Source of the DNA: Nautilia sp. PV-1
GTDB taxonomy: Bacteria > Campylobacterota > Campylobacteria > Campylobacterales > Nautiliaceae
Assembly: GCF_004006315.1 (NCBI RefSeq)
Contig: NZ_CP026530.1
Location: 585,889 to 617,888 of the forward strand
DNA length: 32,000 nucleotides
Direction of reading: 5' to 3'
Within the stretch, counting starts at the first letter, position 1. Every line of letters starts with the position of its first letter. Under the pieces are notes generated by a model that did no database searches, was not told where the DNA came from, and was given only the letters and a program-made list of their open reading frames with translations. This document shows positions 1 through 9,189 of the stretch, in pieces. The translations under genes and the position numbers were made by a program.

Positions 1-1
1 T

Positions 2-589
2 TTATATAAAAAAGCAAAAAGTGTAGAAAAAACACCTCAGTTTCAAGCTTTAATGAAAAAAATGGCTGTTGACTACTGGCTAAAACAGCAGCTTAACAAT
101 ATGAAAATATCTGATGCAGAAGTTAAAAAATTCTATGAGGCAAACAAAGATATATATTTTAAAACTACTCCAAAAATCAAAGCTAGACATATTTTGGTGA
201 AAAGTGAAAAAGAAGCTGAAAAAATTATTAATGAACTTAAAGGTTTACACGGAAAAGCTTTAGAGAAAAAATTTGCCGAACTAGCAAAAAAATATTCAAC
301 AGGACCTACGAAAGTAAACGGAGGCGAACTTGGATGGTTTGATCCTAAACAGATGGTACAGCCGTTTGCACAGGCTGTTGAAAAAATGAAACCTGGGCAA
401 ATAACACTTAAACCTGTACATACGAGATTCGGATATCATGTAATTTTGGTTGAAGCTAAAAACGAGAAAAACTATATGCCTTTAAATCAGGTTAAATTAC
501 AAATTATTGAATATCTAAAAAGAGCAAAATTACAAAAAGAAATTCAAAAATTAAAAGACTCTGCAAAAGTTGAAATTAAAGTAAAATAA
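2..589 (+). CDS. peb4: Parvulin-type peptidyl-prolyl cis-trans isomerase / periplasmic chaperone (PEB4/SurA-like); 5' end lies upstream of the window
   Basis: The reading frame is open from nt 2 (LYKKAKSVEKTPQFQAL precedes the first Met at 53). Parvulin motifs ARHILV, GGELGWF and FGYHVILVE are present. The gene is followed directly by fba, as in C. jejuni peb4-fba. Confidence 0.8.
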   Translation, partial: LYKKAKSVEKTPQFQALMKKMAVDYWLKQQLNNMKISDAEVKKFYEANKDIYFKTTPKIKARHILVKSEKEAEKIINELKGLHGKALEKKFAELAKKYSTGPTKVNGGELGWFDPKQMVQPFAQAVEKMKPGQITLKPVHTRFGYHVILVEAKNEKNYMPLNQVKLQIIEYLKRAKLQKEIQKLKDSAKVEIKVK

Positions 590-602
590 AAAAGGGGTTT
601 AG

Positions 603-1667
603 ATGGATTTTAGTTTTGTAAAACCTGGGGTTTTAAGCGGCAGCGAAGCTGCAAAAGTTCTTGACTACTGCAAAGAAAAAGGCTTTGCTCTTCCTGCGAT
701 AAACGTTGTGGGAACTAACTCTGTGAATGCCGTAATGGAAGCCGCAAAAGAAGTGAACCTTCCAATTATTATTCAGTTCAGTAACGGAGGAGCGCATTTC
801 TGGGCGGGTAAAGGTCTTGATAATGAAGGTCAAAAAGCAGCAGTGCTTGGAGCTATTGCAGGGGCTAAACATATTCATACTCTTGCAGAAGCATACGGTG
901 TGCCTGTAATTTTACATACCGACCATGCCGCAAGAAAACTTTTACCTTGGATAGACGGTTTAATTGAAGCAAATGCTAAACACAAAGAAAAATACGGTAA
1001 ACCTCTTTTCAGCTCTCATATGCTTGATTTAAGCGAAGAGCCTCTTGAACAGAATGTTCAGACTTGTAAAGAGTATCTGAAAAAATTAAGCGCACTTGAT
1101 ATTATGCTTGAGATTGAATTAGGCGTAACAGGCGGTGAAGAAGACGGTGTGGACAATACGGGAATTGAAAATTCAAAACTTTACACTCAGCCTGAAGATG
1201 TGGCGTATGCATATAAAGAATTAAGCGAAGTGAGTGATTTGTTTACTATTGCCGCTAGTTTCGGAAACGTTCACGGTGTATATAAACCGGGACATGTTAA
1301 ACTTGAACCTATAATTCTTAAAAATTCTCAGGAATATGTAAAAAAAGAATTTAACCTAAATGATGACAAACCTATCAGATTCGTATTTCACGGCGGAAGC
1401 GGAAGTGAACTTTCTAAGATTCACGAAGCTATCGATTACGGTGTGGTAAAAATGAATATCGACACCGATACCCAGTGGGCGTTCTGGGCAGGAGTCAAAG
1501 GTTATATTGAAAAATTCAAAGATTATCTTCAAAGCCAGATAGGCAACCCTGAAGGTGAAGACAAACCTAATAAAAAATATTATGATCCTAGAAAATGGCT
1601 AAGAGAAGGTGAAAAATCTATGAAAGCCAGAGTAATAGAAGCATATAAAGATTTAAAAGCCATTTAA
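603..1667 (+). CDS. fba: Fructose-bisphosphate aldolase, class II
   Basis: 354 aa with an AGGGG RBS just upstream. Class II FBA stretches PVILHTDHA, FHGGSGS and NIDTDTQWA are present. Confidence 0.95.
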   Translation: MDFSFVKPGVLSGSEAAKVLDYCKEKGFALPAINVVGTNSVNAVMEAAKEVNLPIIIQFSNGGAHFWAGKGLDNEGQKAAVLGAIAGAKHIHTLAEAYGVPVILHTDHAARKLLPWIDGLIEANAKHKEKYGKPLFSSHMLDLSEEPLEQNVQTCKEYLKKLSALDIMLEIELGVTGGEEDGVDNTGIENSKLYTQPEDVAYAYKELSEVSDLFTIAASFGNVHGVYKPGHVKLEPIILKNSQEYVKKEFNLNDDKPIRFVFHGGSGSELSKIHEAIDYGVVKMNIDTDTQWAFWAGVKGYIEKFKDYLQSQIGNPEGEDKPNKKYYDPRKWLREGEKSMKARVIEAYKDLKAI

Positions 1668-2548
1668 TGAGCACAAAAACCTGGAGATTGGAAAATTCTC
1701 CAATCACTCCTTTTTTCTTTCAAAACAATTTTTTTCATATTAAGCGCGACGATTTGTTAAGTAATGATTTTAACGGCAACAAAGCCAGAAAATTTTATTA
1801 TTTTCTGAATAATGAATTTCCGAATGTAAAAAGAGTTGTTTCATTCGGATCTAACCAGTCGAATGCAATGATGAGCCTGAGTGTTTTGTGTAAAATAAAA
1901 AAATGGGAATTCATATATTATACGAACCATATTCCGAAATACTTAAAACAAAATCCGGAAGGAAATTATTTAAAGGCTCTTCAAAACGGTGCTAATATAA
2001 TTGAAACGGATTTAAGAGGCGAGAAACTGATCAGATTTGTTAAATCGTTAAAAGATGAAGAAACACTGATAATCGAAGAGGGCGGAAGAATTCAGGAAAG
2101 TGAATACGGAATAAAACTTTTGGCCGAAGAAGTGAATGAATATGCACTTAATCATAATTTAAAAATTTTTCTTCCAAGCGGTACCGGTACAACAGCTTAT
2201 TTTCTTTCAAAACACGTAAATGTGGAGGTTCTAACGGTTCCTTGTGTCGGTGACGAAAACTATTTAAAAAAGCAGTTTAAATGGTTGGGAGGAGGGAAAA
2301 TACCTACCATTCTTAAACCCAGAAAAAAATATCACTACGGAAAACTCTATTCTGAACTTTATTTTCTGTGGAAAGAACTTAAAAATTCAGGAATAGAATT
2401 TGATCTTCTTTACGACCCTATAGGATGGGATACGATTATGTTCCACAATTTAAAAGATATACTATATGTCCATCAGGGCGGTATTTTCGGCAACAAAACA
2501 ATGATTAAAAGATATAAAAGAAAACTAAAACTCAACTCTTATAATTAA
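1667..2548 (+). CDS. PLP-dependent enzyme of the 1-aminocyclopropane-1-carboxylate deaminase / D-cysteine desulfhydrase family
   Basis: 293 aa with a TAATG stop/start overlap with fba. The N-terminal NGNKARK resembles the GNKxRK PLP-lysine motif, and a GTGTT glycine loop is present. Substrate is unknown. Confidence 0.65.
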   Translation: MSTKTWRLENSPITPFFFQNNFFHIKRDDLLSNDFNGNKARKFYYFLNNEFPNVKRVVSFGSNQSNAMMSLSVLCKIKKWEFIYYTNHIPKYLKQNPEGNYLKALQNGANIIETDLRGEKLIRFVKSLKDEETLIIEEGGRIQESEYGIKLLAEEVNEYALNHNLKIFLPSGTGTTAYFLSKHVNVEVLTVPCVGDENYLKKQFKWLGGGKIPTILKPRKKYHYGKLYSELYFLWKELKNSGIEFDLLYDPIGWDTIMFHNLKDILYVHQGGIFGNKTMIKRYKRKLKLNSYN

Positions 2549-2627
2549 ACTTTCCAATCTGTTTAAAATTAAGTGTAACTTTTTTATACAAACCGCATAT
2601 CTTTTTAATATAAGTTTAATTTATAGT

Positions 2628-2647
2628 ATTCATAAATGAATGTTCAT
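2628..2647. promoter_or_regulatory. Overlapping palindromes upstream of echA (candidate operator)
   Basis: ATTCAT-AA-ATGAAT (2628-2641) overlaps ATGAA-TG-TTCAT (2636-2647). A TATAAT lies at 2661-2666, so the palindromes sit over the -35 position. Confidence 0.4.
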
Positions 2648-2688
2648 TTTGATATTATTATATAATCAAATTTATTTTGGAGGGTAAT

Positions 2689-4548
2689 ATGGATACATTT
2701 ATTGTTCTAAGTATCGTATTGCCGTGGATTGCCGCTTTGGTGATTTATCTGGCAAAAAACGATTTTGTAACTAATCTGCTTTCATTTGCAATGCTGCCTA
2801 TTTTAGGTTATTTTGCATGGATGATTTATTCAAGTGGCAATTTGCCTTATTACATGGATACACCTAACTGGGTCGGATATCTGATAACGGTGTATGATTT
2901 CGGTTTGCTGGGATACTTTTTTTATCAGGGTATAAAAAATAAAAGTATGCTGGTTTCTTCACTTGCCGTTTTACAGCTTGTTCTTTTAACAATTGTTGTA
3001 TTTATGATTAAAGAGAGCGATACAGCCAACATATATGTTGATAAATTAACGGCGTTTATGTATATGATTGTAGCAATTGTCGGTGTTCCTATTGCGATTT
3101 TCGCAACTAAATACATGGAATATGACGAAAAAGGAAAACATAGCTTTGTAGCTATTTTGATCTGGTTTTTGGGTGTGATGAATTTCGCAGTAAGCGTTAA
3201 TAATATCGAATGGTTTTTTGCGCTGTTTGAGACAACAACACTTGCTTCATACGTACTCATCAGATTCAGAATGGACAGTGAAGCTGTTAATAACGCAGTT
3301 TTGGCTTTATGGATGAATCAGATTGGAGGGGTTGCTATTTTATTAGCTCTTCTGACTTTAATAAAAACAAGCGGTATTTATGATTTTACGGATCTGTTAA
3401 ACGCATCTCCGAAGGTTGTTTCACTTACGGCTTTAGGGTTTTTATCTTTAAGCGCGCTTGTAAAAGGCGCTCAAATGCCTTTTCACAAATGGCTTTTAGG
3501 TGCGATGGTTGCGCCGACACCCGTCAGTGCGATACTGCATTCGGCAACAATGGTAAAAATCGCTCCTTATCTGCTGCTTAGACTTTCACCTATTATTAAA
3601 GGCACTCTTTTAGCAAAACTTTTAATTATTACAACAGGTTTCGTGTTTGTTGCAGCTGCCGTTATAGCATTAACACAGGACAATTTCAAAAAAATTCTTG
3701 CATATTCAACCATTTCTCTGCTTGGACTTATGATGCTTGCCGCTGTTGTAGGTACGCCAATTGCGGTTACCGCAAGTCTTATTCTTATTTTATTCCATGC
3801 GTTTGCGAAAGGTTTTCTGTTCATCGAAGCCGGGGTTTTGGAAAAAGTATTTCACGTTAAATATATAAAAGAAATGAAAAGATTAATAGAAAGAGCTCCT
3901 CTTACTCTTATGTTTATTTTCTTTGGATTTTTAAATATGACGTTCGTTCCTTTCGGAACTTTTATAGGTAAATGGATTATGATTGAAGAGGCAAGTGGTT
4001 TCCTCTCTCACGGCAGTTATGTTCTGTTAATTCTTTATGTGGGTGCGGGAAGCGCATTTTTGAGCGTGCTTTATATGAAAGTATTGGGTATCAGTGTCAG
4101 AAAATCTCATGGAATAGAAAAAGTTAAACTTCTGCCTCTGCCAAAAAGATTTAACTTTGTATCAATCTGGTATTATGTGTGGCTATTGGCTCTGACAGTA
4201 TTTATCGCTCCGTTTATTGCTACGCAAATCGTTCCTGTTGCCACTGAAATAACCGGAAGCGTAGCTAATATTTATTCAGAACATCTGTCTTTGATTATTA
4301 ACAATTCAACATTGTATTTCTGGCAGATTATGGGAGCATTGATTATTTTATTATTAATTCACGCTCTTCCGTTTTTCGTACATTTCAAAAATGTAGATAC
4401 CGCTATGCCGTATAACTGTGGCGAAGCGTTCCCTAGACATATTGAAACATATAATTTCGTATGTATTTCAAAATATGAAAACTATCTGATAGCATTCAGT
4501 ATTGCTCTGTTTATTATGGTATTAGTTCTTGGAGGAGGTTTATTATGA
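2689..4548 (+). CDS. echA: Ech-type (group 4) [NiFe] hydrogenase membrane subunit, NuoL/antiporter-like
   Basis: Polytopic membrane protein of about 620 aa with NuoL/HyfB-like stretches (PFHKWLLGAMVAPTPVSAILHSATMVKIA). The ATG at 2689 is preferred over the TTG at 2677 because GGAGGG (2679-2684) sits just upstream. First gene of a six-gene ech order. Confidence 0.85.
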   Translation: MDTFIVLSIVLPWIAALVIYLAKNDFVTNLLSFAMLPILGYFAWMIYSSGNLPYYMDTPNWVGYLITVYDFGLLGYFFYQGIKNKSMLVSSLAVLQLVLLTIVVFMIKESDTANIYVDKLTAFMYMIVAIVGVPIAIFATKYMEYDEKGKHSFVAILIWFLGVMNFAVSVNNIEWFFALFETTTLASYVLIRFRMDSEAVNNAVLALWMNQIGGVAILLALLTLIKTSGIYDFTDLLNASPKVVSLTALGFLSLSALVKGAQMPFHKWLLGAMVAPTPVSAILHSATMVKIAPYLLLRLSPIIKGTLLAKLLIITTGFVFVAAAVIALTQDNFKKILAYSTISLLGLMMLAAVVGTPIAVTASLILILFHAFAKGFLFIEAGVLEKVFHVKYIKEMKRLIERAPLTLMFIFFGFLNMTFVPFGTFIGKWIMIEEASGFLSHGSYVLLILYVGAGSAFLSVLYMKVLGISVRKSHGIEKVKLLPLPKRFNFVSIWYYVWLLALTVFIAPFIATQIVPVATEITGSVANIYSEHLSLIINNSTLYFWQIMGALIILLLIHALPFFVHFKNVDTAMPYNCGEAFPRHIETYNFVCISKYENYLIAFSIALFIMVLVLGGGLL

Positions 4549-5387
4549 AGTTTGAAACGTTAATGATACTGCTTACGCTTTTTGCGCCTGTTATAGGCGG
4601 TTTTGTGTATGGTGTTGAAAGAATAGTAAAAGCCAGAATGCAAAGCAGGGTGGGACCTCCTGTAATGCAGCCTTTTTATGATTTTTTTAAATTAATGGAC
4701 AAAAGGCCTTTAATGGTGCATTCTCTGCATGCGGTAATGGGTATTATGTATTTTGTGGCGTGCTGGTTTGCACTTTTAGTGCTGTTTTTGGGAAATGACT
4801 TATTGGTTGCCGTTTTTTTCCATGTAATAGCGGTACTGGCTCTTACAATCGGTGCTTTTAGCGTAAGAAGCCCTTACAGTGTAATAGGTGCGATGAGAGA
4901 ACTTATGCATATGATAAGTTATGAGCCTTTAATGGTATTGATGGTGGTGGCTTTTTATCAGGTTGTAGGCAGTTTTAATCTGAAGGATATTTTGACATAT
5001 CCTGGAGTTCCTTTATTTCAGATTCCTGTAGTGTTTGTAGCATTTGTTTTAGCGATTCCTATGATGCTTCACAAATCTCCTTTTGATGTAGCAGAAGCGC
5101 ATCAGGAAATTATCGGAGGTCCGGAAATAGAATACAGCGGACCTTTTTACGAAGCTGTTTACACAGGAAAATGGATTGAATATGTGTATGTATTTTTCTT
5201 TGTGTTTTTATTCGGAGGAAGCCATTACTGGCTGGGAGCGCTGCTGGTGTTTTTAGTGTTTATTTTTGTCAATGCACTTGATAACGCGACTGCAAGGCTT
5301 GATTTCAGAAGAATGGTTAAATTTTCCTGGTTTGTATTAATTCCGATATCAGCGCTTAATATAATCTTTTTGGCACTATGGAGGTAG
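4545..5387 (+). CDS. echB: Ech hydrogenase membrane subunit, NuoH/HycD-like
   Basis: 280 aa and polytopic, with a 4-nt overlap with echA. The motif RVGP and the PFD..EAHQEIIGGP.EYSG stretch are typical of NuoH/HycD. Confidence 0.85.
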   Translation: MKFETLMILLTLFAPVIGGFVYGVERIVKARMQSRVGPPVMQPFYDFFKLMDKRPLMVHSLHAVMGIMYFVACWFALLVLFLGNDLLVAVFFHVIAVLALTIGAFSVRSPYSVIGAMRELMHMISYEPLMVLMVVAFYQVVGSFNLKDILTYPGVPLFQIPVVFVAFVLAIPMMLHKSPFDVAEAHQEIIGGPEIEYSGPFYEAVYTGKWIEYVYVFFFVFLFGGSHYWLGALLVFLVFIFVNALDNATARLDFRRMVKFSWFVLIPISALNIIFLALWR

Positions 5388-5389
5388 TT

Positions 5390-5884
5390 ATGGGTATATT
5401 TAGTAAATTCAGAAAAAAATCCCCTTGGATATTGCATTATAATACAGGAGGGTGCAACGGGTGTGATATTGAAATTCTTGCGGCTCTTGCTCCAAAATTC
5501 GATATCGAAAGATTCGGTATGCTCAACAGAGGAAATCCGAAACAGTCTGATATTTTATTGGTTACGGGCCCTGTTACAAAAAGATGCAGAGACGTTTTAA
5601 GAAGACTTTATATTGAAATGCCCGAGCCAAAAGTGGTCGTTGCAATGGGCGCTTGTGCACACGGAGGAGGTATTTTCAGGGATTTTTATCACGTAGAAAA
5701 CGGCGTTGACAATATAATTCCTGTGGACGTATGGATACCGGGATGTGCGCCGAGAGTCGAAGCTGTTATCGACGGAATGGTTGAAGCGGTTAAAATCTGG
5801 GAGAAAAAAACAAAAGAAAAAGAATATATGAGGGGTCACAGTGTAGAATTATTAGAAAAATTAGGAGCTAGAAATGATGATTAA
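5390..5884 (+). CDS. echC: Ech hydrogenase small subunit, NuoB-like ([4Fe-4S])
   Basis: Cys ligands GGCNGCDIE, GACAHGGG and GCAPR are present. The ATG at 5390 is preferred because GGAGG lies 7 nt upstream and echB stops at 5387. The ORF-track start at 5378 would overlap echB. Confidence 0.9.
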   Translation: MGIFSKFRKKSPWILHYNTGGCNGCDIEILAALAPKFDIERFGMLNRGNPKQSDILLVTGPVTKRCRDVLRRLYIEMPEPKVVVAMGACAHGGGIFRDFYHVENGVDNIIPVDVWIPGCAPRVEAVIDGMVEAVKIWEKKTKEKEYMRGHSVELLEKLGARNDD

Positions 5885-6248
5885 TCCGGAAATAACATTT
5901 ATGGAAGCTACAATAGAAAATGTGGTTGATTTAATAAAAGACTGGTATGACGAAAATCAGTATCATTATGTAACCGTTAACGCCACTGATAACGGAGGAA
6001 ATGTTACGATTGACTGGATATTTTCAAAATATAATGACAAAAACAAATTAACGGTGTTCAGAGCCGAAAACGTACCGTACGATGCTAAAATTCCTTCAAT
6101 AGTCAGTGTTGTTCCTAGCGCATGGATTGCAGAGTGGGAGCTTGCGGATCTCTTTGGATTAGATGTTGAAAATGCGGCAAAAGGGGTGTTTATCGAACCT
6201 GACGCACCTCAGGCGCCTTTAAGAAAAGGGGAAGCAAATGGGAAATAA
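5874..6248 (+). CDS. echD: Ech hydrogenase subunit D, NuoC-like
   Basis: 124-aa hydrophilic protein between the small and large subunits, overlapping both neighbours. Position and size match EchD. Confidence 0.7.
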   Translation: MMINPEITFMEATIENVVDLIKDWYDENQYHYVTVNATDNGGNVTIDWIFSKYNDKNKLTVFRAENVPYDAKIPSIVSVVPSAWIAEWELADLFGLDVENAAKGVFIEPDAPQAPLRKGEANGK

Positions 6249-7323
6249 AATTATTGTACCTTTCGGATCACAGCATGTTGCGCTGCCTGAACCGGTAAGC
6301 TTTTTGTTTGAAACTCAAAACGAAGTTATTACAGACGTTACCGTTAATATAGGTTATGTTCACAGAGGAATAGAAAAAGCGGCAATTACGAGATTTGAAT
6401 ATACTCAGCTTCCATATCTTGTAGCAAGGGTGTGCGGGCTTTGTTCTATTACGCATGCGGGAGCTTATACTCACGGTATTGAAAAACTGCTTGGAATTGA
6501 AACAAATAAAAAAATAGACTATTTAAGAATGCTTGTTGTGGAACTTGACAGAATTCACTCCCATATGCTTGCGAACGGGCACGTTGCCGAGGTAGTCGGA
6601 TACGAAAACCTGTTTATGCAGACATTCAGATACAGAGAAGACGTAATGGATATTCTTGAAAGAATTACCGGTAACAGGGTTCAGTACGATTATCAGATAA
6701 TCGGAGGAGTTGCGAGGGATTTTGATAAAGAAACGGAAAATTTTGCAAGAGAAAAACTTTTAACTCTTAAAGCAAATACAGAAAAACTGATTGAGTTTTT
6801 CGAAAACGACTATACTTTCGGAGTAAAAACAAAAGGTGTCGGTACTATTTCCAAAGAAATGGCTGCGAAGTTTAACGCTGCGGGACCTATTGCCAGAGCC
6901 AGCGGCCTTGAAACTGACGCAAGGGCTGAATATGACTATCTGCCGTTTGAAGAAGTGGGATATAAACTTCAGACACGAACGGAAGGTGATGTCTGGGCCA
7001 GAAATATGGTCAGATTCGATGAGATTATGAATTCAATTGAAATGTGTCTTAATATACTTGACGGTATACCTGAGGGAGAACACAGGGTTAAAGTTAAAGG
7101 AAGACCGGACGGCGAAACGTTTGTAAGGGTTGAAGCGCCTAGGGGAGAATGTTTTTATTATCTCAAAGGTAATAAAACGAAAGTTCTTGAAAGAGTCAGA
7201 ATCAGAGTGCCGACATATGCGAATATTCCTGTACTTAAAGAGCTTTTTGTAGGTGAAAAATATTCAGATGCGCAGGCGATCGTGCTAAGTTTCGATCCAT
7301 GTATGAGCTGTACGGCCAGATAA
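6238..7323 (+). CDS. echE: Ech hydrogenase large ([NiFe]) subunit, NuoD-like
   Basis: N-terminal RVCGLCS (RxCGxC) and C-terminal DPCMSCTAR (DPCxxCxxR) Ni-Fe ligand motifs. The protein ends at the motif with no C-terminal extension. Confidence 0.92.
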   Translation: MGNKIIVPFGSQHVALPEPVSFLFETQNEVITDVTVNIGYVHRGIEKAAITRFEYTQLPYLVARVCGLCSITHAGAYTHGIEKLLGIETNKKIDYLRMLVVELDRIHSHMLANGHVAEVVGYENLFMQTFRYREDVMDILERITGNRVQYDYQIIGGVARDFDKETENFAREKLLTLKANTEKLIEFFENDYTFGVKTKGVGTISKEMAAKFNAAGPIARASGLETDARAEYDYLPFEEVGYKLQTRTEGDVWARNMVRFDEIMNSIEMCLNILDGIPEGEHRVKVKGRPDGETFVRVEAPRGECFYYLKGNKTKVLERVRIRVPTYANIPVLKELFVGEKYSDAQAIVLSFDPCMSCTAR

Positions 7324-7333
7324 AGGAGTAATT

Positions 7334-7843
7334 ATGATACAAATGTTTATCGAATCGTTAAAAAATTTAGTTTCAAAACCTGAAACAATAAAATATCCTT
7401 TTGCTCCTTCACCTGAGCCTAAAGGATACAGAGGTACTATTCTTTATAATGAAGAGCTTTGCATTTTTTGTGACAAATGTGAAAATATATGCCCTCCGGG
7501 AGCTATTAAGTTTGAAGTGGTTGATATAGAAAGCGGAAAAAAACAGTACAACTACAACCCGTATCTTTGTATTTACTGCGGAGCATGTGTTGATGCGTGT
7601 CCGAAAGCCGAAGAGGGATGCCTTACCCAGTCGGAAGCAAGAACTCCCGTAATGGGAGAAAGCGTGATAAAAGATCCTAAACTAGGATATTTTATAAACG
7701 AAATAAATAATCCTAAAGAAGTTGAAAAAAAATGGCGTGAGCTTGAAATAAGAGCTGCCGACAGCCGTGAAAAACTGGCTGAATACAAAAAAGCAAAAAG
7801 AGCTGCGGCAAAAGCTGCAAAAGCAAAAGCGTCTGCCGAATAA
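7334..7843 (+). CDS. echF: Ech hydrogenase 2x[4Fe-4S] ferredoxin subunit, NuoI-like, with a Lys/Ala-rich C-terminal tail
   Basis: Two CxxCxxCxxxCP motifs (CIFCDKCENICP, CIYCGACVDACP), an AAGGAG RBS, and the tail KKAKRAAAKAAKAKASAE. Confidence 0.88.
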   Translation: MIQMFIESLKNLVSKPETIKYPFAPSPEPKGYRGTILYNEELCIFCDKCENICPPGAIKFEVVDIESGKKQYNYNPYLCIYCGACVDACPKAEEGCLTQSEARTPVMGESVIKDPKLGYFINEINNPKEVEKKWRELEIRAADSREKLAEYKKAKRAAAKAAKAKASAE

Positions 7844-7886
7844 CATTTAAACCTTCCTTTTTTTTCTCTTTAGGTGTATAATATAT

Positions 7887-7904
7887 TATGAATCTTTATT
7901 CATA
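7887..7904 (+). promoter_or_regulatory. Leader inverted repeat TATGAAT-CTTT-ATTCATA abutting the SD of the dehydrogenase gene
   Basis: Perfect 7+7 IR directly followed by AAGGA, six nt, then ATG. A TATAAT lies at 7877-7882 just upstream. Confidence 0.5.
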
Positions 7905-7915
7905 AAGGAACCGTT

Positions 7916-8830
7916 ATGAAAATAGCCTTTTTTGAAATCAAACCTGAAGAGAAAACTTTTTTTGAACAAAATCTAAAAAATCAGGAGCTTTATTTTTTTG
8001 AAGAAACGATAAATGAATATGCCGGGTCTGCAGATTTTGATGTGATTTCAGTATTTATACATTCGAAACTCGATAAGAATGTACTTGATAAATTTAAAAA
8101 TCTTAAATATATACAAACCCGCTCTACCGGAGTCGATCATCTCGATTTGGAAGAAATATATAAAAGAGGACTGTTTGCAAGCAATGTAGTAGGGTACGCC
8201 GGTCCGTGTGTAAGCGAGTTTGCTTTTTCTCTTTTGCTGGAAGCTTTAAGAAAGACGTATATAGCAATACAGAGGGTAAAAAACGGAGATCTGTATTATT
8301 CTGATTTGAAAGGCAGCGAAATACAGGGTAAAAGAATCGGTATTTTAGGGCTTGGCACAATCGGGACCCATATTGCTCAAATCGCAAAAGGTTTCGGTGT
8401 TCAGAGCATAATAGGCTTTAACAGAAGCAAGAAACTGATAGAAGGCGTGGAATATACCGATAATCTTGAATACACTCTAAGAAACAGCGATATACTTTTT
8501 ATCGCCCTTCCGCTTACTAAAAGCACAAAAAATTTAATTAATTCTGAAAATATAACTTTTTTTGACGGGAATATAATTATAAATCCGGCGCGTGCCGAAA
8601 TTATCAGTTTTGAAGTTTATAACAGTTTTGAGGGTATAATTGCAGCGGATGTATTGCCGGATTGGAATCTGGCTAAAAAAGAAAATATAATAGCAACACC
8701 GCATATGGCTTATTACACTAAAGAAGCGCTATTTAGAATTATGGAAATTTCTCTTGAAAATATTAAGGATTTTATAAACGGTAAAAAACCTAGAAACTGT
8801 TTAAAAATATTTTATGAAAAGGAGAAATAA
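7916..8830 (+). CDS. D-isomer-specific 2-hydroxyacid dehydrogenase family protein (NAD-binding)
   Basis: Rossmann motif GILGLGTIGTHIA, a catalytic-region R..E (NPARAE) and H (ATPHMAYYT). Substrate is not assignable. Confidence 0.8.
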   Translation: MKIAFFEIKPEEKTFFEQNLKNQELYFFEETINEYAGSADFDVISVFIHSKLDKNVLDKFKNLKYIQTRSTGVDHLDLEEIYKRGLFASNVVGYAGPCVSEFAFSLLLEALRKTYIAIQRVKNGDLYYSDLKGSEIQGKRIGILGLGTIGTHIAQIAKGFGVQSIIGFNRSKKLIEGVEYTDNLEYTLRNSDILFIALPLTKSTKNLINSENITFFDGNIIINPARAEIISFEVYNSFEGIIAADVLPDWNLAKKENIIATPHMAYYTKEALFRIMEISLENIKDFINGKKPRNCLKIFYEKEK

Positions 8831-9189
8831 TGCTAAAAAAAACCGTCTGTTTAGCATTATTTGCAACTGTATCGCTTTATGCGTGCAGCAGCGACTGTCT
8901 GGAATGTCATCCTAAATTAAAACAGTTGGAATACAATAAAACAAATAAATATTATAAAGAGCATCATTTTTTGATTACCTGCACAAAATGTCATAAAAAC
9001 CATCCTAGTAAAGGTATGGATGAATGCGGAGCAGACTGTTTTGACTGTCACAGCAGAAAAAAACTTATAAATACGCCCGTTCCGGAACATCAGAAGTTAA
9101 GTACTTGCACAAAATGCCATAAAGATACGCTTCAGCAGATTATTCCGGCTCAGCCTAATAATGACTTTTTAAATTTCAAGCAAAAATAA
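8830..9189 (+). CDS. Small tetraheme c-type cytochrome, probable lipoprotein
   Basis: 119 aa with four CxxCH motifs (CLECH, CTKCH, CFDCH, CTKCH). The N-terminal signal ends in the lipobox-like LYAC. ATAATG overlap with the dehydrogenase gene. Confidence 0.8.
   Translation: MLKKTVCLALFATVSLYACSSDCLECHPKLKQLEYNKTNKYYKEHHFLITCTKCHKNHPSKGMDECGADCFDCHSRKKLINTPVPEHQKLSTCTKCHKDTLQQIIPAQPNNDFLNFKQK

Noticed and set aside
2677-2688. TTG at 2677 as the echA start, and likewise ATG 5378 for echC
   Set aside because: In both cases the Shine-Dalgarno (GGAGGG or GGAGG) lies inside the proposed extension and is correctly spaced for the downstream ATG (2689 or 5390).
6836-7030. 64-aa same-strand ORF in another frame inside echE
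   Set aside because: It is nested in the hydrogenase large-subunit gene and has no independent support.
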